A stretch of 33,380 bases of DNA from a virus (Duplodnaviria > Caudoviricetes), in the IMG/VR virus record IMGVR_UViG_3300025101_000088, positions 1 through 33,380 of that record, one strand, 5' to 3'. The position numbers and the translations under genes were made by a program. Below are positions 15,632 through 25,197 of the stretch, one piece after another. Positions within the stretch are counted from its first letter, which is position 1. Each line of letters starts with the position of its first letter. The notes beneath the pieces are model-generated. The model had not been told where the DNA came from. It ran no database searches and saw only the letters and a program-made list of their open reading frames with translations.

Positions 15632-16528
15632 TTACGCCACCGTCCCAATCGGAGCCTCCAGCACTGAACTCTGTAGTCCATTATACTTACTACGCGGAGT
15701 GCCTTGACCAAGCCTAACGCGCTCATATTTATCCCACTCGCATAAGCTATGTTCAATACAGCGCATATCCACCGCCAAAGTCGGGATGTGTTTGCCAAGA
15801 TAACGGTGTGAATCTTCGAGTAAATCTTGCATCTCCCTATTGCTTTGATAAGCACCTAATGCTTTTGTGAGCGGCCTATCGTGGATCCTGTTGAGGCCAC
15901 GCTTTGCTCCCGGACCAGCGTTTGCCCATTTGTATTTGTCTTCGGCTTTGGCAAGGACTGGTGTGTAGTTGAGGTCGGTAACAACCTCGTATGACATAAA
16001 ACCTCCCCCTCCCCATCCTTTATATGCCGCCAACGCTTTGTGTACTTCTTCCAACGACTGTGTTTCGGTGGCAATCTGCGCCAACGCTTCTTTGTTTTCC
16101 CATATTGGCGAAAGGAAATGGTCAACAACTACCTCCGATTTAGGTGCTTTGAGTCCTTGGTTAGTGATTATATATGCACCAGTAAAAGTCCGTAAACCCT
16201 GCTTCAACCTTTCTTCAATCAAAGACTTAGTATGCTCAGGATTAAACTCTTCTACCCAACCATGCGCTTCAGCAAACTCACTAGTTCCAACCATACGAAA
16301 CATACAACAGTTAAATATCATCTCACCATGTGGGCGGTTATCATTTGGCTTTGTCCAGTTTTGCCGCATCCAAACAGTTACCCTATCATTCTCACGGAAA
16401 GGATTTGTGAATTTATATTGTTGTAAGATAGTGTCTTCTGTCCAAGGGGCAGGAAGCCCCTTGGCTCTTTTTTGATAAATGGCATGACGCTCATTAATCC
16501 AGTAGCAGAACCTTTCTATGTTCTCCAT
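15632..16528 (-). CDS. 5-hmdU DNA kinase (aGPT-Pplase1 / 5-HMUDK helical domain)
   Basis: ERHAIY..R..G.P.PWTED.ILQQYKFTN.FRENDR, FTGAY, G.FM.YEVVTDL, GPGAKRGL, IEHSLCEWDKYER. Confidence 0.92.
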   Translation of the reverse strand: MENIERFCYWINERHAIYQKRAKGLPAPWTEDTILQQYKFTNPFRENDRVTVWMRQNWTKPNDNRPHGEMIFNCCMFRMVGTSEFAEAHGWVEEFNPEHTKSLIEERLKQGLRTFTGAYIITNQGLKAPKSEVVVDHFLSPIWENKEALAQIATETQSLEEVHKALAAYKGWGGGGFMSYEVVTDLNYTPVLAKAEDKYKWANAGPGAKRGLNRIHDRPLTKALGAYQSNREMQDLLEDSHRYLGKHIPTLAVDMRCIEHSLCEWDKYERVRLGQGTPRSKYNGLQSSVLEAPIGTVA

Positions 16529-16530
16529 AA

Positions 16531-17148
16531 TTATTCTCCTAGCTTGATAGCACCTTTTTCAATAGCAAGGCGAATATCAACACTATTGCCTCCTGGACTT
16601 AACTTTTTCATAGCAGCAAGAGCCTCACCCACTGTATCCGATCTGGTTAAGGCTTCAAAATTATGCCACCGATTACTATTTTTACGATATGGATTAACGA
16701 ACATGCCCATTGATCCTGTAGGCAAAAGTATTTTAGCATTTTCATCATACTTAGATTTTGCCACACGCTTTGGTTTTTCTGTGGCAACAGACGCAATACC
16801 CTGTGGCTCCGGCGTAATATCTACTATTTCAGCAGTCATTTGTTTCTCCTTTAAAACAGGTTTATATTTTTTAGCTCGTTCATGTACAAACTCTGCAAAG
16901 TTTTTATGAAAGCTAGGGAAATTTGGTAAGGCACACTCACCAACTGTAGCGGCAACTACACTCCGCAACTCTTCCTCACTATAGGTATCCTGTAACTGTT
17001 GAACTTCAGCAAACACAATACTATGCTCGTTTAGTTCTTTACACGCCTTTAACTCACGCAAGGATTTGAATACAAAGTAAGAGTAGGCATCGTTACGATT
17101 ACTGGTATTATCATTTTCTAACACCGCATAAGTTTTGATAGCTGCCAT
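16531..17148 (-). CDS. Hypothetical protein with a probable small C-terminal DNA-binding domain
   Basis: 205-aa ORF with AGGAGG RBS; C-terminal NPYRKNS..W..FE.....TVGE....GG...DIR....KG.IKL. Confidence 0.8.
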   Translation of the reverse strand: MAAIKTYAVLENDNTSNRNDAYSYFVFKSLRELKACKELNEHSIVFAEVQQLQDTYSEEELRSVVAATVGECALPNFPSFHKNFAEFVHERAKKYKPVLKEKQMTAEIVDITPEPQGIASVATEKPKRVAKSKYDENAKILLPTGSMGMFVNPYRKNSNRWHNFEALTRSDTVGEALAAMKKLSPGGNSVDIRLAIEKGAIKLGE

Positions 17149-17180
17149 GAGTGCCTCCTTTCTATGGGGCTAATATAAAA

Positions 17181-17209
17181 ACTCTAACTACATATAGGGA
17201 ATCAAGCAA
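17181..17209 (-). promoter_or_regulatory. Sigma70-like promoter heading the modification operon
   Basis: Minus strand TTGCTT-17 nt-TAGAGT. Confidence 0.55.
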
Positions 17210-17224
17210 GCATTAAATACTCCA

Positions 17225-17287
17225 ATGCCCCACTAAAAGTTCTCTCTTAGCAGGGCATCAGGCGAGAGGTGGGCTTCTGCCCACCCC
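17225..17287 (-). terminator. Tandem hairpins after DUF932 (terminator or processing site)
   Basis: Minus strand GGTGGGC-AGAA-GCCCACC, then a 15-bp stem ATGCCCTGCTAAGAG-AGAA-CTTTTAGTGGGGCAT; no long T tail. Confidence 0.55.
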
Positions 17288-17293
17288 CACATC

Positions 17294-18319
17294 TTATGCG
17301 GCGTACTCAAGTGCCTTGGTCATAGCCTTACGTTTAGTAGTAGCGGCTGAACCAAACCATGCAGAGTTTAATGCATGGTCACGAGTCTTGGCTCGCTTTT
17401 GGTGATCCATAACATATGTCACACCATTGAGTGCTCCCCACCAAGTTCCTTTAGCAGATTTAAGGTCATGTCCTGGAGATGTTTCAATAGCCTCCAGTAT
17501 TGACTGTGATGTTTTGCTAAACTCCTCATGTAATGGTGGTAAGTCAGACTCTTTAGACTTAGCACGTTCAATAAGTAATTTAGGCTGGAACAACTCAGCA
17601 ATATAGTTATCTATCTGCTCTTTAGTGGCTCGCTTACTGGCAAGGAACTCTGACTGTTCTTGGAACTTAGCCATTTGCTCACCACTAATACCAAGTGCAG
17701 TCTCAGCGGCTTGCATAATTTCCTCATCAAACATTTGCAAATGTAATACACGGAACTTACCAGTCGTACCCTCTTGGTTGAGAGCCAAGGTAATCGTATT
17801 ATTGCATACTACGCGGATGGGTGTGAACATTACCGTCATAGCTGTGCCAACTTTGTGACTGTTAGCCATAAGTAAGTAACCTTCAATATCATCACCGCCA
17901 GCTAGTTTGAAGCCCTTCTTGATTTTAGCCAAGCCCCAGACACGCTCGCCATCACTTAGGCTACCAGCAGTATCCATCTCCATATGCCCTGCCTCAGTAA
18001 ACTTTTTAAAGAAGGACATTGTTTCATGGTTTTGGAAAGGTATGAACCCCTCACCACAGTGGGATAATACGCGGTTATCTGTATCACGAACAACCACATA
18101 ATGTTCATTAGCGCGAAGCAAATCTGCTTCACCGCGTGGGTCATTAAGATCCCATGTATTTGGTTTATCAGCATAATAAACGGGACGTTTACTTACTGTC
18201 CAATCAAGCCCTGCGGCTTTGAGCATCTCTTCAGGTGTAAGATTATGCTCAACTTTTTCACCAAGCCCATGCCAAGGAACCTGTCCTGCATAAGCCATTG
18301 TTTCTACCATATGTGCCAT
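17294..18319 (-). CDS. DUF932 family phage/plasmid protein
   Basis: MAH.VETMAY....PWHGLG, AGLDW.V.K, ETAGSL-like motif, NSH, TPIRVVCNNT, GTWWGALNGVT. Confidence 0.92.
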   Translation of the reverse strand: MAHMVETMAYAGQVPWHGLGEKVEHNLTPEEMLKAAGLDWTVSKRPVYYADKPNTWDLNDPRGEADLLRANEHYVVVRDTDNRVLSHCGEGFIPFQNHETMSFFKKFTEAGHMEMDTAGSLSDGERVWGLAKIKKGFKLAGGDDIEGYLLMANSHKVGTAMTVMFTPIRVVCNNTITLALNQEGTTGKFRVLHLQMFDEEIMQAAETALGISGEQMAKFQEQSEFLASKRATKEQIDNYIAELFQPKLLIERAKSKESDLPPLHEEFSKTSQSILEAIETSPGHDLKSAKGTWWGALNGVTYVMDHQKRAKTRDHALNSAWFGSAATTKRKAMTKALEYAA

Positions 18320-18343
18320 AATATATCTCCTTTCTACAAGATG

Positions 18344-18607
18344 TTAAGCACTGGTGTCGACCGTTGGCAATACATCAAAGTCGGACAAAGTAATGTCCAA
18401 CCAGCATGTGCTACCCTCGGAACTGGTTGCGATGTGGCAACGCATCTCCACATCATTATGTAGCAGTGTTTCAATAATCGGAAACTTTAAGCCCTCTGAC
18501 AAATTGTCAATAAACTTAGGCTTGACCGTGCGGTTAGCACTACGCTTGATAGCGCGGTTGTTAAGCCGCTGGAACTGCTCTTTGGTAAGGTATTTTACTT
18601 CTGACAT
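18344..18607 (-). CDS. Hypothetical protein
   Basis: 87-aa ORF with AAGGGG RBS. Confidence 0.75.
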   Translation of the reverse strand: MSEVKYLTKEQFQRLNNRAIKRSANRTVKPKFIDNLSEGLKFPIIETLLHNDVEMRCHIATSSEGSTCWLDITLSDFDVLPTVDTSA

Positions 18608-18699
18608 AATAATAAGCCCCTTCTATGGCTGTTTTGGTTATGCCTTTATTTAATAGGTGCAGCTTTTGGAGCGCAACCATAAACAAGTCGCTTTGACAA

Positions 18700-20217
18700 T
18701 TATGCTGGGATTTGATAACCTCTACTGTGCATAGGATGTATCAAATGAAGATGTTGTAAAGCGCGAGTAAGACCCACATAAAACACGCGAGCTTCATCCA
18801 AATGTTCGTTTTCAAACTTACGCCACATAGAATAGGAACGACGCATAGTATCAGTGAGAAGCATAACATTATCTGCCTGTGCGCCTTTAGCTGAATGAAT
18901 AGTAGAGATCCGTATACGAGGTTCCTCTGTTAAAGATTCTCCTTTACGCAGACAAGCCTTTATGTAACGCTTATCTGTTTCAGATATCTTACCTAATCCT
19001 TCATCCCACGGCAAAGTATGTAGCAGACCATAAAAATCTTGTAGGTCTTGCATACTATATCTTTGGTCTGATTGTCCTTTATTAAAGGTCTTGTGTCCGT
19101 ACTCTACTTGGCTACCTAACAGCATCTGACTGTACACGATACGCACTTGTTCTGCTGTGAGGGTACTACCATTACGCATATTTTCCCAAAGCCTCACAGC
19201 TTCAAGAACTTTACCATCAATAGATTTACTGCCATTGTAGACATATAGATGACCTCGTCGGCGTACTTCTTCTTCTATTTGCTTTGCACCTCTTGTTGTA
19301 CGGCTAAGTAAGAGCCATTCGCCACTGGACATATCAACTTGTTCGGAGTGTCTGTGCCAATGGACAGCACCTACCTCATTCCTAGGATTGAACTCTTTGG
19401 GTCTACGGTCGACGACGCGTTGGATAACTTTTTGACTAAGTGTGTGATGGAGGGATGGAATCCTATAACTTTGGTCGAGCACAGTTACACTACCTTCGAG
19501 TCCTATAAAGTAATCTACATCTGCTCCCGCATAACGGAATATGGCTTGATCATCATCGCCAGCCACGAACATCTCTTTAGAATTGGCCTCTAATAAATGT
19601 ACCATCCTCCATTGTAAAGGTGATAGATCTTGTGCCTCATCAATAAATACTACCTCTAATCTTGGTGCTAACTCTCTGTGACAGAACTGCTCTAACATAT
19701 CAGTATAGTCAAATAACTGATATCTATCCTTCCACATTCTTAGACCCCTATCAACATAATCAACTCTTGCCCAATCTGTTTTTAGAGGCACAGTAGATTC
19801 ATTATAGGCTTTGCGTAAAGGCTGTTGCAGTATCCTAGATATATTTATTATCTCTAAAAATTTATCACCATAACCAAAATCTTTATACGGACCTTGGTCT
19901 GTCAGCCCTGAATTAAAAAACCCACCGATCTTTAACCACTCACCAATCTCAGGGAACTTATCAGCAGTCATAATCTGATTATGGTTAATGCCCATTTGCA
20001 TAAATGCCAAGCTATGAAGGGTACGAAAAAAAGGTAAGTCACGTCTATGAAGTTTAAATTTTTCACAAGCACGATCAATAGCTTCACTTGCTGCACGGCG
20101 AGTAAAACCAAAATAACCTATACGATCTGGTGGGATACCCTTTTGTAAATACTCTTCGACCTTGTTTAGTAGATAAGTTGTTTTACCTGTCCCTGGAGGT
20201 CCGAGTATTATATTCAT
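18700..20217 (-). CDS. UvrD/Rep-like SF1 helicase
   Basis: GPPGTGKTT, DEAQD, GDDDQAI, LDQSYR, STIHSAKG, YVGLTRA. Confidence 0.95.
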   Translation of the reverse strand: MNIILGPPGTGKTTYLLNKVEEYLQKGIPPDRIGYFGFTRRAASEAIDRACEKFKLHRRDLPFFRTLHSLAFMQMGINHNQIMTADKFPEIGEWLKIGGFFNSGLTDQGPYKDFGYGDKFLEIINISRILQQPLRKAYNESTVPLKTDWARVDYVDRGLRMWKDRYQLFDYTDMLEQFCHRELAPRLEVVFIDEAQDLSPLQWRMVHLLEANSKEMFVAGDDDQAIFRYAGADVDYFIGLEGSVTVLDQSYRIPSLHHTLSQKVIQRVVDRRPKEFNPRNEVGAVHWHRHSEQVDMSSGEWLLLSRTTRGAKQIEEEVRRRGHLYVYNGSKSIDGKVLEAVRLWENMRNGSTLTAEQVRIVYSQMLLGSQVEYGHKTFNKGQSDQRYSMQDLQDFYGLLHTLPWDEGLGKISETDKRYIKACLRKGESLTEEPRIRISTIHSAKGAQADNVMLLTDTMRRSYSMWRKFENEHLDEARVFYVGLTRALQHLHLIHPMHSRGYQIPA

Positions 20218-21731
20218 CAGAGTATTTCTTCTTGCTCGGGTAAGTCTGGTAACTCCAATGGTTCTTGGCTATCCGCAAAATAACCTTGTGGCAATGACCA
20301 TACATGCACACCTTTATTTTTCACACGCCAAAACATTTTTTCTGCTTCCAACCCTTGAAGTCTTAATGTTATTTTGTTTGAGGTATAATGGTTAAAATCA
20401 TTTACTGTAAGATGCTTTTTAATATCTTTAACTTGAAAAAATACTTTTTCATCAAGCCATACAGCAACGCCTTGTAGTACATCTTCACGCTCTGTGCCTT
20501 TAGCTCTATCAGTACAAAACTGTGATAGTAAATCCTCAAACTCACCTTTTATTGTAGCGTCAGGTGGTACTTCTACAATAGTTAAGTTATCTAACAATAG
20601 CTGTATTCTGGTCTGCCATGCTCTTTGGCTAACAGCTATCGGTAATTTATTTATTTGTGCCACACAATCTTTTTGAAACCTTGTCTGGCTAATCAAACCA
20701 TCTGTACTGAGTTCTACACGCTGACCATCTACATCAAGAATCCATATAGGTGGATCCCCATCTATTTTGGTAAGGCTAGACATCTGGTTTTGCACACCAG
20801 CTGGACCGACACCAAATTTACGAGTAACGCATATATCCTTATTACAAAAAGGTTTGATGGGTTGGTCTTCACATTTATAGTAATAGTCTTTACGTTGTAG
20901 CTGTTTGATTACTGCTCCAACTTCAGTATGACTAAGTGGAGGATGTAAATAATCTACATTGTATCGCTGCACTAATGCCTCCCAATTATCAGAGTCAAAC
21001 ATTCGTGCGTACACACCTAAGTTGAAGAGAGCATTATTGCGTGAGCCTTCACCAAACCCTTGCTCACAAAGCGCATTCAAACAGGGTGGACCATCCTTTA
21101 ACTTTGGTTCTGGTTTAGATATACGATACTTTTCAAAATCCTCAGGCGTTATTAAGTATCTTGCAGCTTTATTTACAAAATCCTTTGGCGACATAAGCTC
21201 GCCCTTAAAATCATAAACAGAACGTGTGCTTAAATCACCTTTGAAGTACGGCATATTTAAACCATTACCAGTATCACCACGGTCAACTAATATAGTTGTC
21301 TGTTTGGGGAATATCTCACCTTCAGCATGGCCTAATGATGCAGCTAACTCAGTGAGTTTAGATTGCACAAACTCAGCTTTCAGCGCATCTTTAAAGAAAA
21401 AATAAATATGAGCACCGCCACTTTTACTGCGACCCACCCAACCAACTATCTTAGCTTCCTTTAATTTATTAACTAATGATTTATGATCTACATCATACGT
21501 ATCAATATCAATCGCACCCCATTTACATAAGCTATCATCTCGTATGGGTATAATACCAAGCCCTTGCTTACCATCTAAATGCTGTTGCCAAAGTTCTTCT
21601 GTGGGTGATTCTTTAATTATTTTATATACGCCTAGACGTTTACCATCACCACGTTGTTCATCAGGATTAAACACACCATGAGCACGTTTATTACCATCAA
21701 ACAGCTTTAAAAATTGTTCAGCTAATGTCAT
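20217..21731 (-). CDS. AEP-type primase with PriCT-1-like domain
   Basis: WGAIDID, RSKSGGAH, EIFPKQ, GN.LNMPY, PPCL, GEGSRNNALF; GGAG RBS before the ATG at 21731. Confidence 0.88.
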   Translation of the reverse strand: MTLAEQFLKLFDGNKRAHGVFNPDEQRGDGKRLGVYKIIKESPTEELWQQHLDGKQGLGIIPIRDDSLCKWGAIDIDTYDVDHKSLVNKLKEAKIVGWVGRSKSGGAHIYFFFKDALKAEFVQSKLTELAASLGHAEGEIFPKQTTILVDRGDTGNGLNMPYFKGDLSTRSVYDFKGELMSPKDFVNKAARYLITPEDFEKYRISKPEPKLKDGPPCLNALCEQGFGEGSRNNALFNLGVYARMFDSDNWEALVQRYNVDYLHPPLSHTEVGAVIKQLQRKDYYYKCEDQPIKPFCNKDICVTRKFGVGPAGVQNQMSSLTKIDGDPPIWILDVDGQRVELSTDGLISQTRFQKDCVAQINKLPIAVSQRAWQTRIQLLLDNLTIVEVPPDATIKGEFEDLLSQFCTDRAKGTEREDVLQGVAVWLDEKVFFQVKDIKKHLTVNDFNHYTSNKITLRLQGLEAEKMFWRVKNKGVHVWSLPQGYFADSQEPLELPDLPEQEEIL

Positions 21732-21745
21732 TGCTTTCTCCAATG

Positions 21746-21821
21746 AAAAAGGTGGGAGAGTAATGTTAGTTGATACCTAGACACTACCCTCCCGAGCAAC
21801 TACAGGGCGATCAACCCCTGC
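21746..21821 (-). terminator. Two hairpins between SSB and primase (terminator, attenuator or processing site)
   Basis: Minus strand GCAGGG..CCCTGT, then GGGAGGGTAGTGT...ACATTACTCTCCC followed by ACCTTTTT. Confidence 0.6.
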
Positions 21822-21829
21822 GGTCGTAC

Positions 21830-22633
21830 TTAAAACGGCATATCATCGTCACCGTCTTTATCTTGTTGAGGAGTGCTTGTTTCAGGTGCAGTTTCCTTTA
21901 CCTCAACTTCACCAGCCTTTACTGATTTAGCAAAGGCAACAGCCATCTCAAAAACATTAGCTTCCTCAGCATCACCAAGGCTAATCGGACCGATCTTAGC
22001 AATATCCCAACCAAACCAATTACCTTTATCATTGCTCTCAGCAACAGTGGTCATTTGGTATTTATGGGACATCATAGGTAAAGTGTACGGACCGTTCTTA
22101 CCTTGAGCAGTGAGTGCTTGCATTTGTGTCACCCACTTACGAGCCTTCTTTAACTGTGTGCTAGACATAGTAATTAGGCAACGCTGTGGACCATCACTAT
22201 CCAGTAGGATTACAAAAAACTGCGCTGTATTTGTAAGAATATTACCATTAGGCAGTATATCCTCACCGCGCTCATTTTTAGTAGTCGTATTGACAATAGG
22301 GTCATCAGGATTGTATGAACCAAAATATCCACCACCTTTTTCCCGAGGAGCCCACTCAACATACCGACGGTTATAATAGCATGGCACAACAGTCACACCC
22401 TTTTCACCATCGTATACTTTATTAGCTACTGTGTTGAACATCATGCCAGCTTCAGCACCCTCTACATACGCACCATCGCGTTTGTTTACCTGAGGACTTA
22501 ACTGTGCCAGTATCCGTAGAAACGGTACTGCCATATCTTGGGATGTGGTTTCTTCAAAACCCAACCCACCAATATCTTCAAACTGTGCAACTGCTACAGC
22601 AGAAGACTCTTTCTTAGCTACTTCTGTTGCCAT
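21830..22633 (-). CDS. Putative single-stranded DNA-binding protein
   Basis: PFLRILAQLSPQ, YVEW, MSSTQLKKARKW, GNWFGW; acidic tail DGDDDMPF. Confidence 0.75.
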   Translation of the reverse strand: MATEVAKKESSAVAVAQFEDIGGLGFEETTSQDMAVPFLRILAQLSPQVNKRDGAYVEGAEAGMMFNTVANKVYDGEKGVTVVPCYYNRRYVEWAPREKGGGYFGSYNPDDPIVNTTTKNERGEDILPNGNILTNTAQFFVILLDSDGPQRCLITMSSTQLKKARKWVTQMQALTAQGKNGPYTLPMMSHKYQMTTVAESNDKGNWFGWDIAKIGPISLGDAEEANVFEMAVAFAKSVKAGEVEVKETAPETSTPQQDKDGDDDMPF

Positions 22634-22635
22634 AT

Positions 22636-23178
22636 CTACCTCCGTATTTTGGCTCGCTGCCCCACGAATATACCCAACAGGTCATACGGCAAATTTTCAC
22701 CCTTTTCTACCTGTTCCTTTACAAAAGACTTGAGTGTCATGGGTTCAACCCAAGTTTTTGTCTGCGTTTGCATACCGCGCTGTCCTAGCTCGGCAAGCAA
22801 ATCTTTGGCAAGGTTATCCTCACCGCGACCAAAAGCCGCTGTAACATGATTCTTGATTAGCGAACCATGCCCTGCCGCAGTAAGCCACTGAAAGGCTTCC
22901 TCAGCTCGGTCTTTGGCAATGCTGGCACTATAATAAGGTGCAACACTAATTTCACTGCCATCGTCCATTTTGAGTTCAGTAACACCATGCTCTTGTAGCG
23001 CAGCCGGAAGTAAATCTTCCGATACTTTACGCAACTCACGCTTGGCTTCCTTTAACTCTAACTCAAGATCAGCGACACGTTGTTCTAACGTAATCTGTTG
23101 CTTACATAGGTTACTAACAGTGCTGATACCTGATTGATTTATGCTGGTTAGGTCTCCAGCTACACTTTCAAAGTCCAT
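22636..23178 (-). CDS. Conserved phage replication-module protein
   Basis: Coiled coil, then LP..L.E.G....K..DG, AF.WL...GHG.LIKN, V.P.TLK.FVKE. Confidence 0.85.
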   Translation of the reverse strand: MDFESVAGDLTSINQSGISTVSNLCKQQITLEQRVADLELELKEAKRELRKVSEDLLPAALQEHGVTELKMDDGSEISVAPYYSASIAKDRAEEAFQWLTAAGHGSLIKNHVTAAFGRGEDNLAKDLLAELGQRGMQTQTKTWVEPMTLKSFVKEQVEKGENLPYDLLGIFVGQRAKIRR

Positions 23179-23500
23179 TACTAGACTCCTTCCTATGGTA
23201 TAGATCTACTTCCAATGGGTAATAGCGTTCCTCTAGCCTGTCCCACTTTAATGCTTTGAACTTACCCATATTCAGGCGAGCTGCTTCTGCACAAGCAATG
23301 CCTATGCATAATGGGTCTCCTGATAGTAATAGGTAGTCATCATCATTAAAGTTACGAAGGCCACGAGCAATCCTACGAACCGTTGGCTGAGTGCTGAATG
23401 AAACCTGTTCCTTGGCTGGAACAAGTATCTGCAAATCACCAAAGGCAACTGCATCTGTGATATCTCTACCACGCACTTCTTGTGTTATGTAGACTGTCAC
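23168..23500 (-). CDS. Conserved phage hypothetical protein
   Basis: VYI.QE..GRDI..A..FG...DYLLLSGDP...LKWDR...YYP. Confidence 0.8.
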   Translation of the reverse strand: MTVYITQEVRGRDITDAVAFGDLQILVPAKEQVSFSTQPTVRRIARGLRNFNDDDYLLLSGDPLCIGIACAEAARLNMGKFKALKWDRLEERYYPLEVDLYHRKESSNGL

Positions 23501-23596
23501 GGCTTTCTACTCCGCTTGCTTTCTAGTCTGGTGTTATTACCAAACAATGCCACCTTACACTTTTATATATAGGGTTAAAACAAAAAAGTTATCTTT

Positions 23597-23637
23597 GTGA
23601 TCCATCCGATATTTTAATATCTGATATCTGATATCTG
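23597..23637. repeat. TC/GA-rich short repeats in the divergent intergenic region
   Basis: GATCCATCCGAT...ATATCTGATATCTGATATCTG. Confidence 0.6.
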
Positions 23638-23760
23638 GGTTTTATTCTTTTACAAATACTTACTTTGAGCCCCTACGCGAGATACAACAAGAACATAAAA
23701 CGGTATACAGGATTTTGTTTCTTGTGCTATTATACAAAGTACCCAATAGAAAGCGGTGTC

Positions 23761-25197
23761 ATGCGTTACAAATTTAAATACCAGCCATATGAGCATCAGC
23801 TCGAGGCTTTGAAAATGTCTTGGAACAAGAAAGAATTTGCTTACTTCATGGATATGGGGACAGGCAAATCAAAAGTTCTTATTGATAATATGTGTGTCCT
23901 CTACGACCGTGGAGAGATTACTGGTGCATTGATCGTTGCCCCTAAAGGTGTGTACCGGAACTGGGAGCAAGGCGAACTGCCCACGCATATTCCTGAACAT
24001 GTTATGTACGATACTGTATTGTGGAATCCTAGCCAGACAAAAACACAGCTAGAAAAACAAAAAATGTTATATCAGGTAGATGATAATCTTAAAATATTTG
24101 TTATGAATGTAGAAGCCTTTAGCACTAAGAAAGGTTGTGGTGAGGCTGAGCGTTTTTTAAATGCACATCAATCACTTATGGCTATTGATGAAAGCACTAC
24201 CATAAAAAATAAAGATGCTAAACGCACTAAGAGTATTGTTAAGATAGGTAAATCTGCTCACTACAAACGTATACTCACAGGCTCACCAGTAACTAAAAGC
24301 CCTATGGATCTGTACACTCAAGCAGAGTTCCTTGATGAATGGTTATTGGGACATAGTAGTTACTTCAGTTTCCAGTATGAATATGCCATTGTGCAACGTC
24401 GTAGCATGGGAGCGCACAGTTTTAATCAAGTAGTGGGTTATCGTAATCTGGATAAGCTAAACGGCATACTTGAGAACTTTAGTTTTAGAGTTAAAAAGGA
24501 GGATTGTTTGGATTTACCAGATAAAGTTTATATCAAGCGTAGTGTAGAACTTACTGATGAACAAAAGTCTGTTTACAGTAGTTTAAAGACATTTGCTTTA
24601 GCAATGCTTGAAGAAGGCTCTGTAACCACAGATACTATCCTTACACAATTACTCAGGCTACAACAGGTATGCTCAGGTCATGTAAAACTTGATGATGGTG
24701 AGATGAAAACATTCAACTCTGCTAAATTACCAGAACTTATGTCGGTGCTTGAGGAAGTAGATGGTAAGGTAATTATCTGGGCTAACTTTACGCATGATAT
24801 AAAAACTATTCAACAAGAAATATCAAAAGTGTATGGCGCAGATTCTGTAGCTACATATTATGGTGAAACAGAGAGTGATGATCGGCAAGCTATCGTCAAC
24901 CGTTTCCAAGATCCTAATGACCCACTTATGTATTTTGTAGGACAACCACGGACAGGTGGCTATGGTTTAACACTTACAGAAGCTAAGACAGTGGTGTACT
25001 ACAGTAATAATTTTGACCTTGAAATACGATTGCAAAGTGAGGATAGAGCACACCGTATCGGGCAAACAAGTAAAGTTACTTATATAGATATTGTAGCAGA
25101 TAAAACTGTAGATGAACGTATTCTCAAAGCCTTACGGAATAAAATTAATATAGCGAGCCAAGTGCTTGCAGAAGATTTTAGAGAATGGATAGTGTAG
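23761..25197 (+). CDS. SNF2-family (SF2) helicase
   Basis: PYEHQ, MDMGTGKS, DEST, LTGSP, LRLQQ, GGYGLTLT, QSEDRAHRIGQ; likely ATG at 23761. Confidence 0.95.
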   Translation: MRYKFKYQPYEHQLEALKMSWNKKEFAYFMDMGTGKSKVLIDNMCVLYDRGEITGALIVAPKGVYRNWEQGELPTHIPEHVMYDTVLWNPSQTKTQLEKQKMLYQVDDNLKIFVMNVEAFSTKKGCGEAERFLNAHQSLMAIDESTTIKNKDAKRTKSIVKIGKSAHYKRILTGSPVTKSPMDLYTQAEFLDEWLLGHSSYFSFQYEYAIVQRRSMGAHSFNQVVGYRNLDKLNGILENFSFRVKKEDCLDLPDKVYIKRSVELTDEQKSVYSSLKTFALAMLEEGSVTTDTILTQLLRLQQVCSGHVKLDDGEMKTFNSAKLPELMSVLEEVDGKVIIWANFTHDIKTIQQEISKVYGADSVATYYGETESDDRQAIVNRFQDPNDPLMYFVGQPRTGGYGLTLTEAKTVVYYSNNFDLEIRLQSEDRAHRIGQTSKVTYIDIVADKTVDERILKALRNKINIASQVLAEDFREWIV

